A stretch of 45,299 bases of DNA from Octopus bimaculoides (Eukaryota): assembly GCF_001194135.2 (NCBI RefSeq), contig NC_068984.1:133315437-133360735 (forward strand), read 5' to 3'. Within the stretch, counting starts at the first letter, position 1. Every line of letters starts with the position of its first letter. A program made the position numbers and the translations under genes. The notes under the pieces are model-generated. The model did no database searches. It was not told the DNA's origin and saw only the letters and a program-made list of their open reading frames with translations. This document shows, piece by piece, positions 24,038 to 36,585 of the stretch.

Positions 24038-25811
24038 NNNNNNNNNNNNNNNNNNNNNNNNNNNNNNNNNNNNNNNNNNNNNNNNNNNNNNNNNNNNNNN
24101 NNNNNNNNNNNNNNNNNNNNNNNNNNNNNNNNNNNNNNNNNNNNNNNNNNNNNNNNNNNNNNNNNNNNNNNNNNNNNNNNNNNNNNNNNNNNNNNNNNNN
24201 NNNNNNNNNNNNNNNNNNNNNNNNNNNNNNNNNNNNNNNNNNNNNNNNNNNNNNNNNNNNNNNNNNNNNNNNNNNNNNNNNNNNNNNNNNNNNNNNNNNN
24301 NNNNNNNNNNNNNNNNNNNNNNNNNNNNNNNNNNNNNNNNNNNNNNNNNNNNNNNNNNNNNNNNNNNNNNNNNNNNNNNNNNNNNNNNNNNNNNNNNNNN
24401 NNNNNNNNNNNNNNNNNNNNNNNNNNNNNNNNNNNNNNNNNNNNNNNNNNNNNNNNNNNNNNNNNNNNNNNNNNNNNNNNNNNNNNNNNNNNNNNNNNNN
24501 NNNNNNNNNNNNNNNNNNNNNNNNNNNNNNNNNNNNNNNNNNNNNNNNNNNNNNNNNNNNNNNNNNNNNNNNNNNNNNNNNNNNNNNNNNNNNNNNNNNN
24601 NNNNNNNNNNNNNNNNNNNNNNNNNNNNNNNNNNNNNNNNNNNNNNNNNNNNNNNNNNNNNNNNNNNNNGTCAGTACCACCTGACTGGCCTTCGTGCCGG
24701 TGGCACGTAAGAGCACCCACTACACTCTCGGAGTGGTTAGCGTTAGGAAGGGCATCCAGCTGTAGAAACTCTGCCAAATCAGATTGGAGCCTGGTGTAGC
24801 CATCTGGTCCACCAGTCCTCAGTCAAATCGTCCAACCCATGCTAGCATGGAAAGCGGACGTTAAACGATGATGCTGATGATTGTAGGATAGGTGTGAGAG
24901 GCTGGATATGGCTAGTTTGAACATAAAACGGGTAAAACATTTTGACCAGATATGGCCAGTTTGAATGCTAAAGGATTAAACGACCGAGATATTTTGCAGC
25001 TATTATTACAAAGAACTTCCACATAAAACTTCTTAAAAAGCCTCCAGAAAAAAGGTTGAAAGTCAAACTTTTAACATTTTTTTGCTGCTGTACATTCTTC
25101 TTAATCCTTTGTTACCATATTTCTGCTGAATTACACAGCCTTCGTTTCAAACAATTTTTAAAATAATGAACAATTTAGCAAAATAACTTTGTCATTATTA
25201 AACTACTATTTGAAATATGAATTAACATAAACATTTTGATGGAAGATTTCAATTTAAATCACTTTAATTAAAATGAAATGTGCATCATAGAAGCAGGAGT
25301 AGTTTTAGGCAGGTTGGTATCAAAACGGTTATTTTCTCCCATAGCTCTCAGTCACTTTTGAAATCTAAATTTTCTAGTTTTTTTTTTTTTCCAATGATTT
25401 TTGTCAAGCTTTAAAGGTTACTAACATTTTTTTTTTTTTCCTCCAGGGCAGTGAGTTGGCAGAATTGTTAGCATGTCAAACAAAATGTTTAATGACATTT
25501 CTTCCAACTTTTTATGTTCTGAGTTCAAATGCCACCAACGTCAACTTTATCCTTTCAGGGTTGATAAATAAAGTATCAGTCAAGAACTAGAGTCGATGTA
25601 ATCGACTTTCCCCTCACCTCAAAAATTGCTGGCCTTGTGCCAAAATTAGAAAGAATTATTACCATCAACATCATTATCATCACTGTCATCGCATGGTTAT
25701 CATTGTTATACCCTTGAGTGGATTTTGAATTCATTCCTGCCATATTCCAGGCAACAGCATTTATTAATTTTCCTCCCATTAACAGTAGTTAGACCACATC
25801 AACTAAAAACA

Positions 25812-26067
25812 TGATCATTTGATCTGCTAGAGGTTGCAGCCAAATTTCCCTCAAATGAAACCCTATAGTTGTAAAAATAAAACCCAAAGAAAAGAGAAGG
25901 ATATCTTAAACAAAGTAGTCTTTGACAAAGAAATGATGGGATGGCCACAGACGGAACACCATTAACCATAGATGAGCCAAATTAGAGTTGACCACTCAAG
26001 GCTAAGCAACAACAGCTAACCTACTTCGAGCAATATTCCCAGGTGATTTAACACTAATTCCCAACAG
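25812..26067 (+). repeat. About 250-bp segment repeated at 28612-28860
   Basis: The distal ~147 nt differ at only 5 positions by hand alignment; the proximal part is more diverged. Confidence 0.8.
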
Positions 26068-26860
26068 CTGGCATGGGTTGGACGGCTCAACTGGGCTGGC
26101 ATGCTGGAAGGCTGCATCAGACTCCAGTCTGATTTGGCATCGTTTTCTATGGCTGGATGCCCTTCCTAATGCCAACCACTCCAGGAGTGTAACGGGTGCT
26201 TTTATGTGCCACCGGCACGGGTGCCATTTGCGTGACACTGGGGTGCGTTTATGTACCACTGGCATGGGTGCCAATTTGTGTGACACTGGTATCTGCCACG
26301 ACTGCAATTTTCCTCAGCTTGATGGGTATTCTTCTCAAGCATGACATAATGTCAAAGGTCCTGGTCATTGCATACATGAGGTCTTATCTAAATATCCAAT
26401 ATATGCAACCGAGGCAGTATTAAATTAAAATAGCCATCTATGTATCATACTTAATGTATATACACTATCAACAGGCCAGTTACTGCAGCATTTGTCTTCA
26501 ATTAATTATTTCTGAAATCTAAATTTTCTGGAATTTTCCATAGGATTTTATTAAAATTTTTACAGTATTAAAAGATAAGTTTACTACTGAGCTTTTTGCT
26601 TTATAATTTTAAATTGTCTGACTAAAATAATTTGTATCAATAGATGAACACAGAAATGATAAGAGGATAATAAAAAGCTAAAAAAAAAATGTTATCATCA
26701 CAAGGGACCTGGCTCATTGGGAATTGGACGACAATTTTAATCTAATCATTTCTTTCCAGACATGTGGTCTACTGATCCTGTGCATGCTGCTTCATCAGTA
26801 AGACCACAATTGCATAGTTATTTCCTATTTAAAGTTACAATGTTTTAGGTTTACTATTAA

Positions 26861-27102
26861 TGCTGCCTGACTGGCCCTCGTGCCGGTGGCACATAAAAAG
26901 CACCATTCGAGCATGGTTCTTGCCAGTGCTGCCTGAATGGCCCTCGTGCCGGTGGCACATAAAAAGCACCATTCGAGCATGGTTGCTGCCAGTGCTGTCT
27001 GACTGGCCCTCGTGCCGGTAGCACATAAAAAACACCATTCGAGCATGGTTCTTGCCAGTGCTGCCTGAATGGCCCTTGTGCCGGTGGCACATAAAAAGCA
27101 CC
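26861..27102 (+). repeat. 66-bp tandem repeat, about 3.7 units, within a family B element
   Basis: Units start at 26861, 26927, 26993 and 27059 (tgctgcctgaMtggccctcgtgccggtggcacataaaaagcaccattcgagcatggtt..gccag). Confidence 0.9.
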
Positions 27103-27539
27103 CACTACACTCTCAAAGTGGTTGGCATTAGGAAGAGCATCCAGCTGTAGAAACTTTGCCAGAACAGATTGGAACCCGGTGCAGCCCTCAGTCAAACCGT
27201 CCAACCCATGCCAGCATGGAAAGCAGACGTTAAACGATGATGATGATGATGATGATGAAAGTAGAACTACAAGGTGATTGAAAAGTAATGCCCTATTTTA
27301 AAATACTTCTAAATTATTCATTAATTGTAATTTTTACAAAAAAATGGATATGAGAGGAAGGCTTTTAGTATAAGGTTTTATTTATACTTCAAAAAACAAA
27401 CACAAAAATTTGAGAAAAAAATAACAAAGGCTTTGTTCACAACATTTTCCATGACACTGTTTGTGACATGTTATTCCCAGGTACACAACAAATATCTCTT
27501 ATTCCCTTTATCCTAAGGAAGAAATCTAACTTAGATTAG

Positions 27540-27750
27540 ATGCAGTTTAGGTTTACAAGATTGAGATACTACGAATGCCCTCTTCTTAGTGAGACAACTA
27601 GAAGAGAAGTGTTTGGCTAAGTGCCATGCAAGCCATGTACAGAGATGCTATCAGCAAGGTGAAAGTTAGCAATGGGTTGTAGCAAGGAATTTAATGTGCA
27701 GGTATGTGTCCATTAAGATCTGGTTCTCAACTCACTTCTGTTTATTAAAG
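27540..27750 (+). mobile_element. Decayed RTE-like RT fragment
   Basis: WLSAMQAMYRDAISKVKVSNG..EFNVQVCVH*DLVLNSLLFIKV resembles the RT motif V.VGVHQGSVLSPLLF. Confidence 0.6.
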
Positions 27751-29084
27751 TTGTTCATCATCATTTCACCATTTCATCATTTAACGTCTGCTCTCCATAC
27801 TGGCATGGGTTAGACATGGCTGGCTAGGCTTCAATGTCTGTTTTGGCATGGTTTTTATAGCCGGATGCCCTTCCTAACACCAACCACTTTACAGGGTGGA
27901 CTGAAAACTTTTTACATGGCACCATCATAGGCAAGGTTTTTACAGTTGGATGCCCTTCTAAATGTCAACCACTTTACAATGTGAACGAGATGATTTTTAC
28001 ATGGCACCAACACTGGCAGGGTCACCAAGCAACTTACAAGACAAAGATCCTTTGAGAGGAGAGGGGTCATTGGGTGAGGAGGTGACCTTGTGCTAACTGA
28101 TGAAAGGTTAGTGCATGACAAAAAAACAGGTGTCTTGCTGTAAAAAAGATACATGGTTACCCAGTCAGACAAACAGACAGATAGATCAAGTCCTATGATA
28201 ATTTTCTTGATTGTCATTGGCCTGTCATTAATAAGAAATAAAAAATTTTTTCTTTTATACTAATAAAATTTTAGGTTTATGGAACGGATATACAAAGGCT
28301 CTAGTAACACACAAGGAGTAAAGTTGGCTTAGATGGCAAATGAAATCTGGCTTCAAGCTCCATTTACTGATTACTCCCTGAAGCATGTCATACTTATGAG
28401 AAAAAACACAGCAACAGAGAAAGTAATAATGAAAGTTTATTAATAAACCCACCTCCACAAGGTTTAGAGAGGAAGATGTCACCTCATAAAGATGTAAAAA
28501 AAAGAATAAATAAAAAAAAAACAAGCATGCTTCTTCTTATGTACTGCTTGTAGTGAAGCAGATAAAATAAAAATCTTCCCTAAATAAAACAATCAGATGA
28601 GAGTTTTTATTTGATCATTTGACCTGCTAGAAGTCACAGCCAAATTTCCCTCAAATCAAACCCTATTGTTGTAAAACGAAAGAAAAGAAAAGGACATCTT
28701 AAACAATGTAGTCTTTGACAAAGAAATGATGGGATGGCCACGGATGGAACACCATTAACCATAGATGAGCCAAATTAGAGTTGACCACTCAAGGCTAAGC
28801 AACAACAGCTAAACTACTTCGAGCAATATTCCCAGGTGATTTGACACTAATTCCTAACAGTTAAGTAAGTGAACTAAAACAGAAAGTGAGTAAAGTAAAC
28901 TCTGCTCAAAGACACAATGAAACATTAGCACTGCACTTGAACCCAGAACCTATAAGCAGGTTATCCAATATCTTAAGATTTGACCATCTGTTTCTACAGC
29001 TCTGTTGATGGAATGGTTCTGACAATCATCATTTCATATCAGTGTATGATGGGGATGTTCATTCACAACCATCATATTCTTTTA

Positions 29085-29367
29085 TTCTTTTACTTGTTTC
29101 AGTCATTTGACTGCAGCCATGCTGGAGCACCGCCTTTAGTCGAGCAAATCAACCCCAGGACTTATTCTTTGGAAGCCTAGTACTTATTCTATCGGTCTCT
29201 TTTGCCAAACCGCTAAGTTATGGAGACGTAAACGCACCACCATCGGNNNNNNNNNNNNNNNNNNNNNNNNNNNNNNNNNNNNNNNNNNNNNNNNNNNNNN
29301 NNNNNNNNNNNNNNNNNNNNNNNNNNNNNNNNNNNNNNNNNNNNNNNNNNNNNNNNNNNNNNNGAGT

Positions 29368-29403
<36 letters not shown>

Positions 29404-29560
29404 AACGTCTTCCAGTTTTCTTCTATCAAATCTACTCTCAAGGCTTTGGTTGGCCAAGAGCTATAGTAGAAGACATTTGCTCAAGGTGCTACACAGTTGG
29501 ATTGAAACCAAGACCACATGGTCGGAAAACAAACTTCCAAACACACAACCACACCTGTGC
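29085..29560 (-). mobile_element. SINE family A, reverse orientation, N-gap in its microsatellite
   Basis: Reverse complement of the family A 3' and 5' halves. Confidence 0.8.
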
Positions 29561-31212
29561 CTATACAGATATAAATGAAATCCTAAAATAATTGAAAAGG
29601 TTGTAAACTTGAGCCAAAAGCAAAGATCCAATTTTTATATGAAACATGGCAATGGTAGAGCCATTATATCCTACCATATTGCAGACCTCTGCACACTACA
29701 CTACTCTGCAGTATACTCTATGTAACTGCTTCCAATAGTTTTTGCATAGGATATTACATGGTTAAAAATTTATATCTTCTGAAACAGGTGCCATAATATC
29801 TTAGGAAACATTCCCAGATAATCTGGTAGCTGTTCCATAAAGTGTTTGGTGAGTTAAGTGGAGGTTTTTTATCTTTTTTTTTTTTTCCTCATTTATTTAT
29901 TAGCAACACTGTCACTGCATTTCTGGATCTACTAATGTTACATTCCTGGCAATAATATCAATTAATTCTCTTCCAAACATTTAATTTGCAGTTAGTCCTC
30001 ATAGTGAGAAAAAAAAAAAAAGGTGACTTTCTTTTGCTCCCCCCTCCTCTCTGTCGGTCTGTCTGTCTGTCTCTGTCTCTCTCTCTCTCTCTCTCTCTCG
30101 TAGTGCCAGAATATGAAGATTTTGCCCATAAGGTGTCAACCATCACAACCTGCCTGCCATGAAATAAATGTCCTAAACCAAATACATAAAAGATTTACAG
30201 TGTGTGATGTGTGGATGTATGCAATATATCTATCTATATATATATATATCTATATATATATATATATATATATATATGCATGTGTGTAGGGACAGACAGA
30301 CAGAAATAGTAATACATACACACATATNNNNNNNNNNNNNNNNNNNNNNNNNNNNNNNNNNNNNNNNNNNNNNNNNNNNNNNNNNNNNNNNNNNNNNNNN
30401 NNNNNNNNNNNNNNNNNNNNNNNNNNNNNNNNNNNNNNNNNNNNNNNNNNNNNNNNNNNNNNNNNNNNNNNNNNNNNNNNNNNNNNNNNNNNNNNNNNNN
30501 NNNNNNNNNNNNNNNNNNNNNNNNNNNNNNNNNNNNNNNNNNNNNNNNNNNNNNNNNNNNNNNNNNNNNNNNNNNNNNNNNNNNNNNNNNNNNNNNNNNN
30601 NNNNNNNNNNNNNNNNNNNNNNNNNNNNNNNNNNNNNNNNNNNNNNNNNNNNNNNNNNNNNNNNNNNNNNNNNNNNNNNNNNNNNNNNNNNNNNNNNNNN
30701 NNNNNNNNNNNNNNNNNNNNNNNNNNNNNNNNNNNNNNNNNNNNNNNNNNNNNNNNNNNNNNNNNNNNNNNNNNNNNNNNNNNNNNNNNNNNNNNNNNNN
30801 NNNNNNNNNNNNNNNNNNNNNNNNNNNNNNNNNNNNNNNNNNNNNNNNNNNNNNNNNNNNNNNNNNNNNNNNNNNNNNNNNNNNNNNNNNNNNNNNNNNN
30901 NNNNNNNNNNNNNNNNNNNNNNNNNNNNNNNNNNNNNNNNNNNNNNNNNNNNNNNNNNNNNNNNNNNNNNNNNNNNNNNNNNNNNNNNNNNNNNNNNNNN
31001 NNNNNNNNNNNNNNNNNNNNNNNNNNNNNNNNNNNNNNNNNNNNNNNNNNNNNNNNNNNNNNNNNNNNNNNNNNNNNNNNNNNNNNNNNNNNNNNNNNNN
31101 NNNNNNNNNNNNNNNNNNNNNNNNNNNNNNNNNNNNNNNNNNNNNNNNNNNNNNNNNNNNNNNNTATATATATATATATATATATCGTTTATAATTCTCC
31201 CTATATATATAG

Positions 31213-31700
31213 GTGAAAGCAGAGCAGAGGCCAAAAGCTACAGGCCAATACCTCTGACTTCACATATCAGTAAAGTCATGGAGCGAATCATAAGAAATAA
31301 GTTGACAATGTTCCTAGAAGAAAATGACCTACTGAACAATATTTCAGCATGGCTTCCGTCCAGGAAGAAGCTGCCCCACACAGTTCCTTCAGTACTATGA
31401 CTGGGTTTTGAAACAGCTGCTTGACCATTCAGATGTCAGTGTGATATACCTTGACTTTGCAAAGGCATTTGATAAGGTAGAACATGGCATGATAAGCCAT
31501 AAGCTACGAGACCTTGGCATCACTGGTAAACTGAGAGAGTGGCTGCATGACTTCCTTAAAAACAGAAGTCAGGTAGTTGCAGCCAATGGTACCGTTTCTA
31601 AGGAAACTCAAATCGTACGTGGTGTCCCCTAGGGAACTGTTTTGGGGCCATTACTATTCATAATAGCCCTCTTAGACATGCTCACAGTCACTCAGACAGC
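31213..31700 (+). mobile_element. CR1/Jockey-group LINE RT fragment, inactivated
   Basis: SYRPIPLTSHISKVMERII, QHGFRPGRSC (after a frameshift near 31345), YLDFAKAFDKVEH and GVP*GTVLGPLLF (TAG at 31630-31632 replaces Q). Confidence 0.88.
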
Positions 31701-34058
31701 CATATATATATATATATATTGTGTGTGTGTGTCTGAAGAATAGAGTGAATGAGAAAGAGATTAAAGAGTAATAAGAATGAAATGAGAAGGCTTGAGGTTG
31801 GGTGATTAAAGAAAGGAAATACAAGAAAGTATGAAGATGAGAGGGGGGGAAAGAGAGGGAAGAGAGGAGGGAGATAGTATACCTAAGTGCAAGAAAGCAG
31901 GAGTGTATACACAGGTACAAAACACTGATGTATGATTTTGTACCTGTATCTTAGTTTCAAGGAAGAAGAAGAAAGAGGAATAAAGGAGAATGCAACAACA
32001 AGAATGTAGGTAGAGCAAACACGATCCATTTCATTACCAACTGTGAGTAGTGTAATAATTAATTAAGTGTACGGTGGTACTGTACAGAGATGCCAAGTAC
32101 AAGGACTCTGGACTTCATCAAAGCAAAAAGTGACGAAAAGAATCAGAGAAGGGTGGTGGTAAGGTGGGGGTGATGCAGCAATTATAAGTGAAAACCATCA
32201 TTTTGCCTAGATTTCCCAGTGGAAAAAATTTTAATGAAAACATAATTAAATTTATTGGTCTTCAATACTAACCTACCTTCAATCAAACAGTTCACATTTA
32301 AATTGAAGTCTCAACCAAAATCTTATAGGAGTCTTTTATCTTCTACTTGTTTCACTCATTGGACTGTGACCATGTTAGGGTAGCACGTTGAAGAGTCACT
32401 CCCCAGTACTTGATATTTTGGTGTTTTTTGGGGGTTTTTTTAAGTGTGGTTCTTATTCTGTTGGTGTCTTTTGAGAAATACTAGGTTATGGGGATGTAAA
32501 CAAACCAACACTGGTGGTCAAGGAGTGGGGGACAAAGACACAAGCACATACACACACACACACACATGGACGGACGGACGGACGGACAGACAGACAGATA
32601 GATAGATACCTGATGCAGCCACAGTTTGTCTACTAAATTCACTCAGAAGGCATTGGTTGGCTTTGGGCAATAGTAGAACACACTTGCCCATGTTGCCGAG
32701 CAGTAGGATAGAACCCAAAACCACACGGTTTCCAAATGAGCCTCTTAAACCACACAACCATGAACAATAATGTAAAATTTCATCAAGTAAACATTCATTT
32801 CATAAGAACCTTTTCTTCTTTTTAAGTTCTAAACACTCAATTAATATAGTAATAGATAAACAAAATAGTTATTTTATGAAAACTATCCAAATTCACAATC
32901 GTGAAAAATGGACTCCATCTGAAAGAACAGAACTCACCTCCCTTGTCACAGTACGCAAGCAGCTCCTCTTTTATAAATTTCATTAACCATTTATTTTGCC
33001 AACGCAGACTATCACTAGTTCCCTCACAGTCTAGATTTTTCTAACCTTATCTTGAAAATGAATTCAAAGTCACAGGCAATGTATTCTTGTTAAAAATTCA
33101 GTCACAAAAAGGTTAACCTAGAAGTGGCACATTTCACAGAGTTTAAAATGTAAACATGCATAAATTAATTCATTATCTGGAAGAAGAGAATTTTAACATG
33201 TTTATAATTTAACTATTTAAAAAATACAACAGTATTGAAAATAAACAAACAAGATATTAATGGAAACACGATGAATCAAAAATATCAGTGACCTGATTGT
33301 AAATATTTTACAAAAGACACTGATATTTAAAAAAACTCAGTTGTAACAATAATAGTAATCCATTCTACTACAGGCACAAGGCCTGAAATTTTGGGGGAGG
33401 GGGCTAGTTGATTACATCAACCCTAGTGTATAACTGGTACTTATTTCATCAATCCAAAAAGATTTATCGACCCAGAAAGGATGAAAGGCAAAGTCAACCT
33501 CGGTGGAATTTGAACCCAGAACATAAAGACAGACAAAATACTACAAAGCATTTTGCCCGGTGTGCTAACATTTCTGCCAGCTAACCACCTAAAACATTGA
33601 CATTGTTATCGTTTAATGTACACTTTTCCCATGCTTACATGGGTTACACAGAATTTCTTGAGGCAGATTTTCTACAGCCAGATGCTCTTCCTGTCACCGA
33701 CCCTCGCCTGTTTCCAAGCAGGGAAATATTTTCCCAGGGCCAGACATTTTCACACTGAAGACTGAACATGAACAAAATTGCTTGCATGACAATAATGCTC
33801 ATTTACAACCATCACCTGATGTTCTGACAGGGGTGCATACACACTCACTCACACACACACACACAATAAGCCATATATGCATGCATACATACATATATAT
33901 ATGCACGCATCATGTACAATGACACTCTTTCATTTTCTGCCTACCAAATCCAATCACAAGCCTTTGGTCAGTCCAGGCCAGAGTAGAAGACACTTACCCA
34001 AGATACCTCACAATGGGACTGAACTCAAAACCACGTGGTTGGGAAACAAACTACTTAA

Positions 34059-34278
34059 CCCTTTAGCATTTAAGCCAGCCATTTCAGGCCCAAATATTCT
34101 ATTTGTTGTAGGTTCAAACTAGCCAGATCCAGACTCCTACACCTACTCTACAATGTCCTTCTAAAAATATACAATCACATCACCAAAATCTCAACGGTCC
34201 AAGATAATGCATGATCAATTTAAAACAAGGTGAATGAATAAGCACTACATTTTGCAGAATAATCTGAATGCAAATGGG
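34059..34278. mobile_element. 220-bp piggyBac-type MITE, family 1
   Basis: TTAA|CCCTTTAGCATT ... AATGCAAATGGG|TTAA; inserted in a SINE. Confidence 0.8.
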
Positions 34279-34785
34279 TTAACCACACAGTTACACTTGC
34301 ACTAATTACTCTAAAATATTAGATACAAATTTTAGAGAAAGTATTGTTTGTTGGAGGTCACTGATAATGATGGTAATTATGTTAATGAATGAATTTTAAT
34401 ATAATATGAAATTTAGAGATTTTTTTTCTTATCCAATATTCAAGCACCAGTTATGAGATGACTTGACGGATGAAAAATATCCAAACTTACACACTGGCAG
34501 CCCACATAAAATAGAAAATAAGAGTGCATTATTATCGTTATCCCAGACCATATATATCCAGTATATGTTACATGTTTATTACCATCAAAACTTGGTTGAT
34601 TATTTCAGCATGACACAATTAATTGCCCAAGTAGAGTTAAATGGAGTTACAAACAAAAACAACCAAAATCATACAACAGCTCTATGCCATGCAATACACA
34701 TCATTCTACTTGCTTTGCCTGTTACTCTACTCAATTGGAGAGTAGCTACCACTTCCTACAACTAAGCACAGCTGACATGCCTGAA

Positions 34786-35001
34786 CCCTTTTGATATCAA
34801 CCTGTCTCAGGCTGCCCCTTGCTCTGTATTACTAACATCTTGTTTTCAAGAGTTCTGAATTAAAGTTTTCCATCAGAACTTAGTATTATGTTCCAAAAAC
34901 CAATTAATAATGACAAAGTTATTTCATTAAATTCTTCGTTATTTTCAAAATTAATTGAAGTAAAGTCAGAGTATCTCAATAGGAATATGATAACAAAAGG
35001 G
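34786..35001. mobile_element. piggyBac-type MITE, family 2 (216 bp); further copies at about 25105-25328 and 13051-13273
   Basis: TIRs CCCTTTTGATATCA / TGATAACAAAAGGG (13/14), right flank TTAA. The core taatgacaaagttattt..ttcttcgttattttcaaaattaattg is shared with the other copies. Confidence 0.7.
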
Positions 35002-36549
35002 TTAATCAAGGAACTGAGGAGAACTTTTACACATTCACACAAGGAAACACTCAACGCAATTCAATGTAGAGCTCAAGGATTCTATGGAAATTTCATAACT
35101 TGTAGTCAGTGAGGAGAAATTGACAGACCTGCACTTATTACTTTCAAAACTTTTGTACAGGTGTTGGACTCTCTCCCTCTCTTATCCTCCTCCTCCTCAT
35201 CATCATTTAACATCGACCTTTTCCATGCTTGCATGGATCAAACAGGCAAATTTTCTGTGGCCAGATGCCCTTCTTGTTGCCAACCCAGGCTTCAGTTTCT
35301 GTTTTGGCATGGTTTTTTTACAGCTGAATGCCCTTCCTAACACCAACCACCTGACAGAGTGGGCTGAGTGCTTTTTACATGGCACTCGCACAAGCGAGGT
35401 CAGTTTTGGCATGGTTTTTACAGCTGGATGCCATTCCAAATGCCAACCACTTTATAGTGTGGAATGGATGCTTTTTGAGTGGCACCAGCACTGGCAGGGT
35501 CACCAAGTAACTTTGCAAAACAAGGAATCTTTGAGAGGGGAAGGGGCATTGGAGGAGATTTGGTGTCAGATGATGAAAGGTTAGTGTGACAGAGAGACAG
35601 AAACAGATGTCTTTAATACTATTACCCACTCAGTTGAAGGAGTCTTGTCTTGCGATTTATTTGGTGACCTCACTAATGTTGGCACCATGTAAAAAGCAAC
35701 CAGTAACACTATGTAAAGTGTCAGGCATTAGGAAGGGCATCAAGCAGTAGAAACCATACCAAAGCAGACAGTGAAGCTTACCACAGGCCTCTGGTTCACC
35801 AGCTCCTGTTGAACCATCCAACCTATACCAGCATAGGAAATGGGCATGGAATAATGATGATGGCAATGATGATGATTTATAAAATTAATTAAAACAAAGG
35901 TGGTGCATTTTGGCAGAAATATTGTTAAAAAAGCCTTAATATTATATTTATAAATAGCAAATATTATTATTGCTGATAAGGTTCATAAAAATTAGTAAAT
36001 TTAGTAAATATTATACAAACAGAAATAATTATTAATTATCATATAAATTATAATCGCTAATTATCCTGTAAATAGTAATTATTTGCTAACCATTGTTCAT
36101 TTATGTGTATTAATGTAAATGTTATTGAATTAGATATTTTACGGATCATAAAATATCTAAAAATAATTTTTTAAAAAAACAGTGCTCACAAGAATCAAAC
36201 TGGATTGTCAGTTGGATTCCACAGTGAACACACATCTCAGATGCAGACAATCCATTTGCATTAATATCTCAATTTCAAACCATTGTTGTAAATGAGCAGC
36301 TGTGCAAGGGAAATGAAAAACTGATTTGACCAAACAATGTATAAGATATAATTGGAATGAAAAATGAAAAACAGCAGAAAGCTTGTAGCAAAATACATTT
36401 ACGCATGCTCATATATGTGTGCTTGTGTAGTTACAAACTTTCTGTTATTTTTTATCCCAATCATATACATATATATATATAGGTATGTATGTATATGGCT
36501 GGACTAATTAATATTGCTTATATAAATATATATGTATATCTTAGAATAC

Positions 36550-36585
36550 CTGGTGTCCAGGAAATAAAGAACGCAGTTGCTGAAC
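36550..36585 (-). CDS. Orphan 36-nt exon candidate, gene unknown
   Basis: Acceptor ttttcattcaacag| and donor CAG|gtattc. All three frames are open (VQQLRSLFPGHQ / SATAFFISWTP / FSNCVLYFLDT). No homology recognised. Confidence 0.3.

Noticed and set aside
26825-27204. 22-aa periodic ORFs / CRISPR-like array
   Set aside because: Contiguous 66-bp tandem units with no unique spacers, inside a eukaryotic retroelement UTR, and no cas genes.
34491-34600. Strong minus donor gtaagt with open frame SFDGNKHVTYTGYIWSG..; similar donor at 22934
   Set aside because: No adequate acceptor upstream, and GTAAGT is expected by chance several times in this window.
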